In this document: piece after piece, positions 39,396 through 52,279 of the stretch | Numbering within the stretch: position 1 is the stretch's first letter | Layout: every line of letters begins with the position of its first letter | Source of the DNA: Camelus dromedarius | Taxonomy: Eukaryota | DNA: 64,000 bases | Reading direction: 5' to 3' | Assembly: GCF_036321535.1 (NCBI RefSeq) | Contig: NC_087436.1 | Location: 15,810,001 to 15,874,000, forward strand | The notes under the pieces: model-generated | Told to the model about the DNA's origin: nothing | Seen by the model: the letters and a program-made list of their open reading frames with translations, nothing else | Database searches by the model: none | Position numbers and translations under genes: made by a program

Positions 39396-39773
39396 GTTTA
39401 ATTTTTAAATTAATATTTAAATTTTTTCAATTTATTCAACAAGTATTTGAGTACCTGTTAAGAGAAAAACAAAAACTATAGGTGTATGAAAGCTATTTGC
39501 AAGGTGTATTACAGAGTGATACTATTGAGAGAAATAACAAATTCCTCTGTGTTGTTTGTGTGTGTGTGTGAGTGCACGTGCGTGTACATTTTTTAAAAAA
39601 ATTGAAGTATAGTCAGTTACAGTGTGTCAGTTTCTGGTATACAGCATAATGTCCCAGTCATTCATATACATACATATATTTGTTTTCATATTCTTTTCCG
39701 TGAAAGGTTATTACAAGACATTGAATATAGTTCCCTGTACTATACAGAAAAAATTTGTTTTTTATCTATTTTT
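39396..39773 (-). mobile_element. Young L1 3' tail plus probable 3'-transduced DNA, inside an ancient L1
   Basis: 15-bp TSD tgtatatctgatcat/tgtgtatctgatcat brackets both the L1 tail (about 39590-39773) and about 190 bp of extra sequence. Confidence 0.75.
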
Positions 39774-40534
39774 TGTGTATCTGATCATTTTTATCTTCTT
39801 CAGTGTTTGGGGTCTGTTTCTATAAAGCTTTTTGTTCTGCTGATTCTTGAGGGTTTGTTTCTTCATTATTTTGTGATTTTAAAAAATTGTGAGCTTGTGT
39901 TCTGTGGCTTTTTATTTATGAATATAGTTTGAGGCCTGGGTTTAAAGTACACTCCTCCTAATGAGATTGGTGTTTGCTTCTGTTATGCTCCAGTGTCTTC
40001 AAACTCAGAATCTCTTGAAACTAAATTTTTAGTTTGAATTTTGTTAAACCTCACAGGTGGTATGAGTTCCGTCCCATTTTGGAGTGAGAGGAGAGAGATT
40101 TCTTTTTTTCTCTTCTACCCAGCTTGAGACACAAAATATATCCACTGTTCCCTACAATAAGCATATCCTGTCCCTGTTGCCCCCCTATACCTGGTTCACC
40201 TGCTGAGAGAGTTTCTTTTCAGATTTCCCACCTTGTTTAGGCTACAAGCTTTTTGTCCTTTTCTGCCTTAGTAGTCCTTTTAGACTCAGTTTCTAAACCT
40301 CTAGAGATTGGTGGATGCTCTCAGGGCAGATACGGGCCTCAGTGCTCTCTGAAGCTTTGTTGTTTCTTACCTGCAGAGATTTTTCCTTGGGTTCTCTCTA
40401 GCTCAACCATCCATGAAAATAGTTTTTTTAGCTTAATATTCAGCATTTTAAGGAATTCTGAAGCATAAGTGTTTTTCTGGACAGCTAAGTCTCCTGTATT
40501 GCCAGAAACGGATCTGATTTCTTCTTCCAATTAT

Positions 40535-41010
40535 CTCTGTGATTCTTCCCTTAAGGTCTCTGTTCAGATGTTACCTTGATAGAGAATATTTACATACTGC
40601 CAAACAGGTACCCTCCTTGTCACTCTTTATCTCCTATATTCTGCTTTATTTTTCATAGCATTTATCTCCATCATATATTTTGTTCGTGTTTCCTTATATT
40701 AGAGAATAAGCTCCATTTTTTGGTTTACTACTATATTGTCAGTGCTTAGTATAGTGCCTGACACATAGTTGGTGCTCAAATACCTGTTGGATGAATGAAT
40801 GTGCTTAATGCTTTAAATGGATTATGTCTTTTAATCCTCACAGTAACTGTGAGGTAGGTGATTTTATCATCTTCATTTTAAAGGTGTGAGGAGCCTCAGG
40901 CTTGCAGAGTTAATTAACATGCCCAGGGTCACAGAGTACGTGGCAGAGGAGGTAGCTGGTGAACCCCAGACAGTCCAACTTCAGAGCAACCTGTTCTAAC
41001 CACTGTGCTG
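40535..41010. mobile_element. L2 3' end followed by MIR
   Basis: gtgcctgacacatagttggtgctcaaatacctgttggatgaatgaatg (L2 terminus); taatcctcacagtaactgtgaggtagg (MIR). Confidence 0.8.
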
Positions 41011-41186
41011 TGGTAGTAGTAGTGAGGGTGGTTCTTTAGTAGGTTGGTATAACACTGGTATAATTCTAGAGTTCAGCTGTACTCTGTATCCATTGCTTCT
41101 TTGGGAAACTGTATTCTAGATTTCAATTAATTGATTTTCAAATAAAAATTTGGAAGGTAATATGTACATTGGAAACTTAGGCAGTA

Positions 41187-42468
41187 CAGTAGTCCTTCCT
41201 TATTTGCAGGGTTACGTTCCAAGACCTCAGTGGTTACCTGAAACCACGGATAGTACCAAACACTATATATACTGTGTTTTCCTGTATGTATACCACATAT
41301 ATTTCTGTGGTATGCTCTAATTTATAAGTTAGGCAGAGCAAGAGATTAACACTAATAACTAATAATAAAATGGAACAATTGTAACAATATCCTGTGAAAG
41401 AAGTTATGTGAATGTGCTCTCTCTCAAGACGTAGTCTACCAGCACACCTTTTCTTCCAGAAATTGAAGGTTTGTGGCAACTTTGTGTACAGCAAGTCTGG
41501 TGGGCCAATTTTCCACCAGCATTTGCTCACTCCTTGTCTCTGTCACATTTTGGTAATTCTCATAATATTGTAAACTTTTTCAGTATTATATTTATTATAT
41601 AATAATATATCATATAATATTATATAAGATCTTTGATGTTACTATTATAGTTGTTTTGACATGTTTTAACAATGAAGTATTTTTAAATTAAGCTGTGTGG
41701 GTGGGTGTGTGTATATATATATATAGACATAATGCTATTGCATGCCTAACAAACTATAGTATAGTGTAAGTATAACTTTTATATGCACTGGGAAACCAAA
41801 AAATTCCTGACTCACTTTACTGCAATATTTGTTTTATTGTGGTAGTCTGGAACTGAATCTCCACCATCTCCTAGTTATGCCTGTACAAATATAATGCCTT
41901 TTCCACCTTAAATAAGCACTTAACCATGCACTGTGGTTGTAACTTTTGCAGATTGAGGTTTGACTGCAAAATAAGCATGGGTTTTTTTTTTTTTCTTCAC
42001 AATTTCACGGATAGAAGAAAATTCATTCATACTGAAGACCTTAGCAATCTCAGCATATGATGTTTTTCTTTCCTTATTAAGTCACTGACTTTCACCTTTT
42101 TGCTTAAAGTGAACACTTTATGGCTTCTCTTTGGCATATCCAAATTGTCAGCATCACTACTCTTGCACTTTGGGATCATTATTAAGTAAAATAAGGGCTA
42201 CTTGAACACAAGCACTGCAATACCTCTACGGTCGATGTGCTAACCTAGATGGCTACTAAGGGGTGAAAGGGTGGGCTATGCTAGACAAAGGGATGGTTTG
42301 TGTCCTGGGTGGGATGGAGCAGGATGACTCGAGATTGCATCACTCTACTCAGAATGGCCTGCAATTTAAAACTGAGAAATTGTTTATTTCTGGAATTTTC
42401 CATTTAATATTTTTGGACCATGGTTGACCTAGGGTAACTGAAACTGTGGATAAGGGCGGTGGTTTCTA
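41187..42468. mobile_element. MER44/Tigger7-type element with a nested Tigger1 derivative (about 41450-41883)
   Basis: TA|cagtagtccttccttat TIR; decayed transposase N-terminus on the minus strand from about 42179 (MIPKCKSSDADNLDMPKRSHKV...); the insert ends atgcctg|TA. Confidence 0.88.
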
Positions 42469-42699
42469 TATTAAATATGGTAAGTTCTTCCTCTATTTTC
42501 ATTTCTTTCATTCTTCCCATTTTTAAAAAAAAATTATTTTTTAAAGTAACTGTAGGCTGCTCTCTCTTAAGACATTGTAAAGATTCTGGTGAAGTTATGC
42601 TGTACTACCTTTATTTCTTACAGTTGATAAAGTAGTTCAAATATTTAATTTATAATGAATTTTAGTTAGAGAAGGCATGTAAGTAAACTAATTAGTAGG

Positions 42700-43350
42700 T
42701 AGGGAAACAAAAGCCTGATGATTCCTTCCTAACCAAGGTTATCAAACAAACTGTATTTCCTCTTGCAGTCTTCATTTCAGTGCTATCCCTTTCCCTTTCC
42801 CAGAAACTTAACCTTGACTTGCCTTCTTCCTTCCTCATTCCCACAACCGGTCTGTCACTGAACAGTCTGCCTCTTAGTTCCACCCCCCGGAATCTCTTGC
42901 TGGGATTATCGTAAAACCTTTCAGAACTGTTCTTTTCCTCTGCCATGCCGTTCCACAGCATGGTCTCCAAGGCCCCAACTCCTTCTGTATTTTCTTTCCT
43001 TTCTCATCATCTTCACTATATGCTATACTGAAGCCATGCTGAACTTTTTCTTACTCTCTTAATAGGTCTTGCCTTCACAACATTGTGCTCTTCTTTCAAC
43101 TCTTCTCTCTGCTTGGATGCTTTTCTTCCTTCTCTACCTGTCATTGTCATGCTCATACTTTAACACTTAGCTTAGATATCACCTTCTTTACGAATCCCAA
43201 CTCTCTGCCCAACTCCGAGACACATGTTTGTTCTTCATGTTCCACCACGGAGCTTTGTTCATAGCATGTAGCATTTATTTAGTGCTGTTATAATTTTATG
43301 TTTATACATTTCTCCCACTTGACCAAGAGCTTGAAGGCAGAGACTATAAT
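42700..43350. mobile_element. L2 fragments
   Basis: Pyrimidine-rich decayed L2-like tract ending agcttgaaggcagagact. Confidence 0.5.
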
Positions 43351-43369
43351 TTTATTATCTTCTTTCTTA

Positions 43370-44065
43370 AAGTCAGGTTTATTGAGGTGCAATAGACATA
43401 GAATAGAACTCATTGCTTTTAGGTGTAGAGTTTGTTGTATGTCACCTTGTAACCATCATCGTGGTTGAGATGTAGGATATTTATGTCACCCCAGAAAGTT
43501 CTCATGTGTCCTCTAGTAGTCAGGCCTCTCTTCCCTATTCCCAACCCCTGACAGTGATCTAGTTTCTGTCCCTATCCTTTTGTCTTTTCTAGAATGTCAA
43601 ATAAAAATGAAATCATACAATGAGTAGTCTTTTGTGACTAGCTTCTTATACTTAGCATACTGCATTTGAGATTCTTTCATGTTTTTGCATATATTACATT
43701 TGTTTCTTTTTATTTGAGCTGTATTTTACTGTATAGATGTACCACAACTTGTTTATCCAGTCACCATCTGGTTTCCATTGGCCATTATGGATAAAGTTGC
43801 CTCTAGACATTTCCATACAAGTCTTTATGTGGACATGTTTTCATTTTTCCTGGGTAAATAGCCAAGAGTATGCTTACTGACTCATGTGGTAAATGCATTT
43901 TAAATTTATAAGTAACGGCCAAATTCTTATCCAAAGTAGCTGTGCTGTTTTGCATTCCCACCAGTAATGCTGAGTTCTAGTTCTCCATCCTTGACAACAC
44001 TTGGTATTGTCATTGTTTTTAATTTTATTCTAGATTCTAGGAAGTTTGTAGTAGTGTTTTGTTGT
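43370..44065 (-). mobile_element. Old L1 (L1MB/MC-like) 3' end
   Basis: tttattgaggt...tcaccccagaaagttctc...ttttgcattcccaccagtaatg. Confidence 0.8.
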
Positions 44066-44550
44066 AGGCCTTCATTTTTTTAACTTGTAATATTTAACAT
44101 AGCTTCTGGCATATTCAAGATGGAATAACAAAATATTTACATATTTTTGACCAGGCAAGTGTCTTACAGTGTTTTATGTTACTGTTAATCTTGAGCTGCA
44201 CCACTTTAAAGCCAAATCATTTTTAAGCTATAAAGGTTTGAATTAAGACACAAGAATAAGAATCATACTTCAGCTTTTTCTGTGGTTGAAGTGATATTCT
44301 CTACCAACTATATAGTAACGTATATATTTATAAATAAATTAAAAATCACCAAAATTTATTGGTAATATTGTTTAGTTCTCTTGTGGGATGCGAATTTAGT
44401 CAGTTACTTAAGATAGTCTCTAATTTTTCTCTTCTAGGTTCTATCCTTGAGATGATTGTCCTTTGATTTTTTTTTTTTTTTTTGATTTCTGGTTGTTGAA
44501 AATTTCTCCTCTTCTTAACTAGCCTTAGTGTGTTATTTTGTTTTGAACTA

Positions 44551-45014
44551 TGGGCATACTTAGGAGATACTGCAGGTTCAATTCCAGACTGTCACAATAA
44601 AATGAATATTGCAGTAAAGCAAGTCATACAAATTTTTTTGGTTTTCCAGTACATATAAAAGTTATGTTTATAGTGTAGTCTACTTATAATGTAGTCTGCT
44701 AGGTGTACAGTACTATTATGTCTAAAAATACAGTGTTTTTTTTATTGCTAAAACATGCGAAAAGAATTACATTAGTAACATCAAAGATCAGTGATCACAG
44801 ATCACCATGATAATGATAATAATGAAAAAGTTTGCAGTTTTGTGAGAATTACCAAAATGTGACACAGAGACATGAAGTGAGCAAATGCTGTTGGCAAAAT
44901 GGCGCTGATAGACTTGTTCCGTGCAGGGCTGCCACAAACCTTCACTTTGTCAAAAATGCAAAATCTGCAAAGCACAGTAAAGTGAAATTTTTGCAGTAAA
45001 ATGAGGTATGCCTG
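44551..45014. mobile_element. Tigger1-derived MITE
   Basis: TA|tgggcatact...aggtatgcctg|TA: TIRs with TA TSD. Confidence 0.9.
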
Positions 45015-46619
45015 TATTTGCATTTCTTGGCATGTTATAGAACCTGTTATAACATGTCATAGCATGGAAGGAAACATAAAAATAACACATTCTAACTGTC
45101 AATTTTTAGGTACGGAAATTGAGGATTAAAGAGGTGTTTAAGTTGGGTCAGCTGTTTAGGACCAGAACTAGTTCTGGAACCCAAGTCTCCTAAATTATAC
45201 GTTTCTCTCTTTACTTAGACATTAATGGCTTTCAGTTTAGTGAATCAAGTTTTGTTATAACTCTTTTCATTTGAGGCAGATTTTTCTATTGTTTCTTGCC
45301 TTTCTCTTTCTTCAGATTTACCCACACTCAAATGAAAAGCTCAATCCGATTATAGTTGTTTTTTGTAGTTTCTAATTGATTATGTTTCTGAAGATCAGTG
45401 GTCCATAATAGAATTAGCGTTTTTCTACTCTGACATTATACAGACAAATTGAGAAAGTAGGATTTTGGCAATTAAGATGTGAGGAAGGAAACTAGCATTT
45501 TTTTATGTACTTTAGAATGGATTTTCATACTTATGGTATTACTTTTATATACTTGCCTTAACACTGGAGGGTTGGAGTAATATATCTGGATAGTGATCTT
45601 AAAACATACTGAATATATACCAAAGTTTTCTGGATTACAAATACAAAGTACCACTTTAAACATGTTATGACACTTTTTCAATCTTTTCTTGGGTTTATTC
45701 TAACTTGTGGTTAGATAATTAAACAAGGTTAAGAGTAATTTTATGTATGTGTGTGTGTGTGTATGTGTATTTTTATGGTTACTAACATGGCAGAACTGGA
45801 GGTTCTTTAGGATTGGGTATATCAGAGCTAGTAACATACACAAATATTTGCAGATACAGCATAATTACAGATTTTAAAATACAGCTGTATATTTGTCTTT
45901 TTTCTTTAAATACTTGTCATTGAATAATACAAGAATCTTTTAACTTGTGGAATTGTCTAGAAATATTATTTCTCTAATTTTGTCTTTTGTGTATTAGTGC
46001 AATGGTGTTTTTTTCCCTTTAACCAACCTATTGCCTGCTTTCTTTTTATCCCCTCCCCTTCTCGCTCTTTCTGCCTCTCCTCTTTGGTTGTGAATCTCAG
46101 TTATTTTATGATCTTGGGCAAGAAAATTTACCCCTCTGATTCTTAGTTTTTTCTTATGGAAAATAGGGCTGATTCTGTGTATCTCGTAGGGATTGTTACA
46201 TATTAAAACACCTACTAGGTACTTACTGCTAGTTACCTTGTTTTTTCTCTCTACAATTTTAAAATATCTAACAAAATCTTACATTTTGGGGTTTAAAATT
46301 TGACCTATTGTAAATCAATAAAAATTAACAAAATTTTATTGTGGAAAATTTCAAATATATAGAAAAGCATGAGAGAACGCCTCTGCACCCATCAGCCAGC
46401 TTCAATCATTATCAACCTTCTTTCATTCTCTCATATGTTATTTTAACTGATGATGTATGGCCTCTATGTGTATTTTTTCTTTAGCCCTCTATAATTTGTT
46501 CCTTAGAATTATAATGCTTTAATTAAGGTTACTAACATTTGGGGAGCAATTTTTTAGGAACTTAAAGTCTGCTGCCAAAGTTTATTAAAAAATTGCCAAG
46601 ATAGCATCCATGGTATGTT

Positions 46620-46781
46620 TTTTTTTTTTTAAATTGAAGTATAATCACTTTACAGCATTGTATCAACTTCTGGTGTACAGCACAATACTTCAGTCGTATA
46701 GGAACATATGTATATTCATCTTCGTATCTTTTTTCACTGTTCATTACTATAAGATATTGAATATAGTTCCCCTGTGCTATA
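46620..46781 (-). mobile_element. Young L1 3' tail
   Basis: Perfect 11-bp TSD CATGGTATGTT (46609-46619, 46782-46792). Confidence 0.93.
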
Positions 46782-49332
46782 CATGGTATGTTGAATGTAG
46801 TAGAACTGTGCTCAACAACAGAATCTAGTGTGTGCTATCCTGTTGTGTTTTGAGAGCAGTAGTATTTGGCTTTTTTGTCTTTTCAAATGGTTTTATAATT
46901 AAAATTATCTCGGGTCACCGTGTGTTTATACCTAGGGCTTTATTTTTTTTTCTTGCATATTTGATATGCAGATTTGTAATAACCTAATTTAATATGACAG
47001 ATACTGATTTGAGTTTGGTCTCAGAGGAACAGCGTTCAGTAAGGTGACTGTGCTTGTTGAATTGGCTTTTGTCCTACCTGGTAGAGATTTATACCCATAC
47101 TCTTGGAATTCCCTTATTGTCAGTGACCTTGAAGACACTAGCGTAGTTTCTCTAATATCTGTATTGGTGTGTTTCTGTTTTAGCTCTTGTCCTTACTGGA
47201 GTTGGGGGTAAAATATTCTTAATTTCCGATTATTGTCCACCGTAGTCCCAAGAACCTCTACTCAATTGGGACTGTTGTATAGTTTAAGTTCTTATTTCTG
47301 CCTAGAAATACCAATTCGCTGGTATAGATGAGGAAAACTCTTCCTGTATAAATATGAAGACATGAAGACTTGCTGTGGGACAAAATTTTAAGAATATTTT
47401 TGCCTAAGGCAAGTCAAATTTTGACTCTTAATGAGGATGTTTTCAGCTAGCTTCTCTGCTCTCTGGCCCCACAGGGTATATTATTAGTTTGGTACATCCT
47501 ATTTTTTCTGTCCTTTAGAGGAAGGTGGAAATTTCCACAAAGATTTCTTTTCTCTCCCTCTACTTAACGGCAGGTAGAACTGTCATTGACCTTTCCCACC
47601 TTGGGCTGCTGCTGCTTTTCCTTGAAATCTGTATTCTGATCTTTTCAAATTGGTAGCTTCCTTGGCACTCTGGCTCAAGTGAAAAGCCTGTAAAAATCTT
47701 TGTTTTCAGTCACTGCACGGTGAGTAGATTTCTGTTTTGTTTTCCTAGAATGTTTGCTACCTTCAGCAGACTGAAGAAGTAAGCATGATGACTTTTACTG
47801 ATTGGTTCAGAAATAGTTACTGTACCAGTACACTCCCTCCTCTTTAAACATCTTACTGATTTATGTGGTCTGCATACATTCTATTTCAGATCGTGTCTTA
47901 GCATCCTCTGCTAGTTAAAAAGGAGGCTGATGGTTGACCAAGGTCTATGTACATAATAGGCTTGGTCTTAGTCATGAAGAATATTCTAGATTAGGACATA
48001 AAAGAATGAATTATTGTACTACATTTCTAATTATAGCATGCTAGTTACTTAGAAAACGCTGCTTTGGAAAGAAATTTTCTCTATCCAATTTAATTTGTAT
48101 ATTTTAAGTTGATGTTAAAATGTTGATTTTTATGTTAAAAGAGCTCCATTTAAAGTTTGAGAACTACTGATTTCTAATCCAAGTATTGTACTCTTGAAAA
48201 AACTTATCTTTGACTAAGAGTCAAAGATTGCAAAACCAACAAACACTCATGTTGCTCCTGGTCCTTTCTGGGCAATGATAGTAAAACGTAATCAACCAAA
48301 AGATGGTAAAATTGATCTGATTTGCACGAAGGCTATGATTGTGTTGCTTAGAGTTTGAGTCAAGCCTAACTGGAGGTGGTGTTTCCTAAGTATGAAGTGT
48401 CATTTGGTGTTTTTTACATTAACCTTCTCATACATGATTTTGGAATTTCTTTTAGAGCTCCTTCTTGTTTTCTAGTTAGTAAACAAAACAACCAACCAAC
48501 AACCCCAAAACAAAACCTAAAACCAAAACAGACTTGTGTTTCCCCTCATTGCATTTATAATTACTTCTGAAGTAAATTTGAAATAGTGGTACATTTCCTT
48601 TGATATCTGATATTAAATTTAACCCGGTTTAGTTCTTTTTAAAGTATAATTTTTAGATTCTGGCTACCTGAGAGCACTATTGACAGACTGTACAGTTCCA
48701 CATTGTGGATAGGTACATATGCCTATGTGACTGTAAAGAATATGCTTTTATCCACTTGAAATGTACTTAGTTGTCAAATTTATGTGTTTAGTATACTGGA
48801 AAAAATATATTTTAGGAATTAGATTAGTGAAGAGTCATTTGGACTTTTAGCTGTTATTCTTGAGTATCATTTTCTTCTACAACAGAAGGATATAAACATA
48901 TGTCCATTAAAATTATCTGAATTCTAGATTTCAACATGTATACATTAAATTTTGTGTTGGATAAAATGCTAAATAAAAACATTTTAGAATGGGATTTACA
49001 TAGACCCAACTAACATAAAATAGTTATTTTGATTTTACTTGTTCCATAGTGGGGCTTATGTTACAGGATTTATTTTGGATGTAAACGTGAGTTTGTTTAA
49101 AAAAAATCCTTTAGTTTAAAACAAGCTTTTTTAGACTTACTAAACATAAGTTTACTCACTGACAAGTAAGATAGCTAGGTACACAAAGGAGTGTTAAAGA
49201 ATTTGATGCTGCTAGCAAGGATTTTTTTTATGTTAATTCATGCCACCACTTTTATGATTCCATTTACTTCTTTCCTTTCTTCTAAGTTAAAGTGTGCATA
49301 TATTAGAATAAAAGCCAAAATTTCTTTTTGTC

Positions 49333-49336
<4 letters not shown>

Positions 49337-49368
<32 letters not shown>
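49337..49368. repeat. (AC)16 microsatellite
   Basis: Read directly. Confidence 0.97.
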
Positions 49369-49371
<3 letters not shown>

Positions 49372-50549
49372 TTGAAATTTCTTTGGGAAGTTAAAGCATA
49401 ATAAAGAAGAAAATGTGTATGTTAGCAATGAAGGGAAGTTAGTGTTTAGGGTGAAGATTTACAGCAGATTACCATTTACATTTTTAGTGAAAGATGGTGT
49501 GTCAGTTAAGACATTGTATATTTATTTTGGCATATTGGATAAAATTGTAAATCCTAACTTTTAAGTTATACAATCTAAAAGTTTTCCTATGTATGGCATG
49601 TATTTGTCTCTTAATTGGATTTTAACAGTTGAATGTAATTAGCTAGTTTTATTGGCAGCTTCTTTGTGGTTCCTTTTATCTTATGGTTCAGAAAAGTTTG
49701 AGCTGACTTTGAGCTATGTCAGGGAGTAGTGTAGGAAGTGAGACTTACAGCTTGCATTAAGATGTCTTCTCAGGCTGGAAGGAGCATGGCATAATAAGGA
49801 TGAAATAAATATTTGTTGCATAAATGAGTAAATTATGAATGCATGCACAAATTTGAACATTTTAGGAATAGAAAGATGAGCATGGCCATACACCATTTCT
49901 TTTTCTAGTAAATATCTTGAGTGTTCAGATGACTAGTCTCTGATTCTTACCCATCAGCCATTTGTAGTTTTTTGGAACCCTTACTACAAATTAAGAATAC
50001 ATAGAACATCACCTGGGTGAAGGTCCTGGGGGAAAAATTCCTACATGCCTACAGTTGGCACATTGTAGTATTTCAGCACAAAATAATTAGGAACTTTTAC
50101 TTTATGGAATACTTGTGTATCACTCAGGTAACAGAATTTGAAATACTTGATTTTAATACATTGTATTTTATTTTATTGTATTTTTTAATTGAAATATGGT
50201 TGATATACTAATACATTTTATTTTAAACAAACTTTATGCAATGGAGAGAACTGGTTTTAAGTCCAATTCTGCCACTTCCAAATGAGACATGACCTCATGT
50301 TAATCACTTAATCACTCTTAATCTCCTTATTTACAAATAATTTAACCATATTTGAAAGAATTCACTTATCTGCTTGAGTATTTGTTGAACTGTTTTGATA
50401 ACATAATGATGCTCTTGAGAGTTACTGAATTAGGTAGTATAATTTACCCTATTGCTGAATATCTGGAGATTATTAGATTTCGAGTTGTTTGATTTCTATA
50501 GGATTTCTTTTACCTGTTGATGTTGGGTTACCAACTGTTATTCTGCCCC

Positions 50550-50790
50550 CCTTTTTAAATTGTTTTAAAAGATACATAACATAACATTTGCCCTCTTAAC
50601 CATTTTTGAGCATACAGTTCAGTGATATTAAGTACATTCATATTTGTTGTACAACCATCATCACCATCCAGCTCCGGAAGTCTTCATCTTATGTAACTGA
50701 ATCTCTTTACCTGTTAAATAACAACTCTACCTTCTCCCCTTATGCCTTGTTCCAGCCAGTCACCATTCTACTTTCTGTGTCTATGTATTA
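50550..50790 (-). mobile_element. L1MA/MB-like 3' end
   Basis: cttaaccattttt...accatcatcaccatcca...cattctactttctgtgtctatg. Confidence 0.8.
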
Positions 50791-52181
50791 TTTTCTTTAA
50801 ATCAAATAATTATTTTTTTATAGTAATGAAAACACAAAGTGGAGAAATCTATTTTTATGTTACTGCAGATTTCAACATCTGTTCAACAACAGATTTTTGA
50901 CATCTTAGAGGAGAAGAAATTTAGAGGAAACATGTAATAACGCTGGACCAGCATATGGTGAATGATTTGTGACTTACTTGGAGATACCATTTGTGTCAGT
51001 TATTTCAGTTCAGCTTCTACATTTGATAGTTCAACATGAAAGCATTAAAAAAAATAAAAGATGTTTACTGAATTCACATTTAGTAGCTACAAGTTGGAAT
51101 GGAAAATTTTAAAGAAGGTGGAAAAATCATCAGACTGGATAATTCCTAGGAAATTACTTAGTACACAGTTTTTCCCTCCCACTTCCCAGTTTTGCACCTG
51201 TCATTTGTGTAAATACAAAGATCACAGTGTGGGTTTTCAGATTGTTTTCCCAGCTTAGTGAATTGCTTACATTTCTTCCATTACATTCATAGTCTCCTGA
51301 TTCACTTGGATATACTGATAAGCATTGCCCTACATTCTGTGGCTTGTTCACTACCTGCCCTCTGCAGCCATTTATTTGACCCAGCATAGTGATCTTTCGT
51401 TAGCTCCTTCTAGAAGTAGAAATGCAGTGGTAAAAATCATGCAAATTTAAAAAGAAACCTGTGTTTTTAATTCTGTGGGCTTTCTTTTTGGCAAATACAC
51501 TGTAGCATGCAGGTGAAAGCAAAAATCTCTAGTAATCCTAGCATTTCTTTCTTTTTTATGGGGATTTCTCTGACAGTTGAATTTTTTTACTACTTACTAT
51601 CTTTGAAATCTAAGTTCATTGTAATCGTATATTTTTTCCCCTTATTTTCAGTTTGTCCATTATTGACAATTAATTTTGGATGATCCACCTATTGATTTAA
51701 CCAATTTAACAGTTTTCAGTTCCCGCTAAGCCTAGTTTTCAAGGGACATTTTATTTGATCATTGAAAGCCCATTTAAAATACATTACATATTTAAAATAG
51801 CTGTACATTGATTTCCTCACAATGTATGTAGGTACTTTTATAATTGTAAGTAAGCAAACATATTACAAAATGAATCTTAAGAATTAATGAATACATAAAG
51901 TCCCAGTTGCTTAAAGACTAGATTGGTAACACAAAGTATCTTGTTCCTTTAAGTAGTCTTAATTTAGTGTTCATGGTGTGTCTTGCTGTCTTTCTCCCTG
52001 AAAGCTTGTTACTTGGATAAAGAAAATTTTCTGAGGTTTTTTTTTTTTTTTTTTTTTGCCTCTCCACTTATTATTTTTCATTGACCCTAAGATGCTATTC
52101 ATTGTAAGATGCATCATTGTTATGTACCACCAAGAAAGAGAATTTTATTAAAGTATGAAACAGTGCTTTCTTATCATTGAC

Positions 52182-52270
52182 TTTTTTTTTTTAAATGGAG
52201 GTGCTGGGGATTGAACCCAGGACCTTGTGTGTGCTAAGCATGTGCTCTACCACTGAGCTATTACAGTCCC
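52182..52270 (-). mobile_element. tRNA-Ala-derived SINE (short form)
   Basis: ggggattgaacccaggacc...ctctaccactgagcta. Confidence 0.9.
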
Positions 52271-52279
52271 TTCTAAAAC

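Noticed and set aside
41900..42180. Transposase-like N-terminal peptide as a domesticated TIGD-type gene
   Set aside because: Short, frameshifted and inside a non-autonomous MER44-type element.
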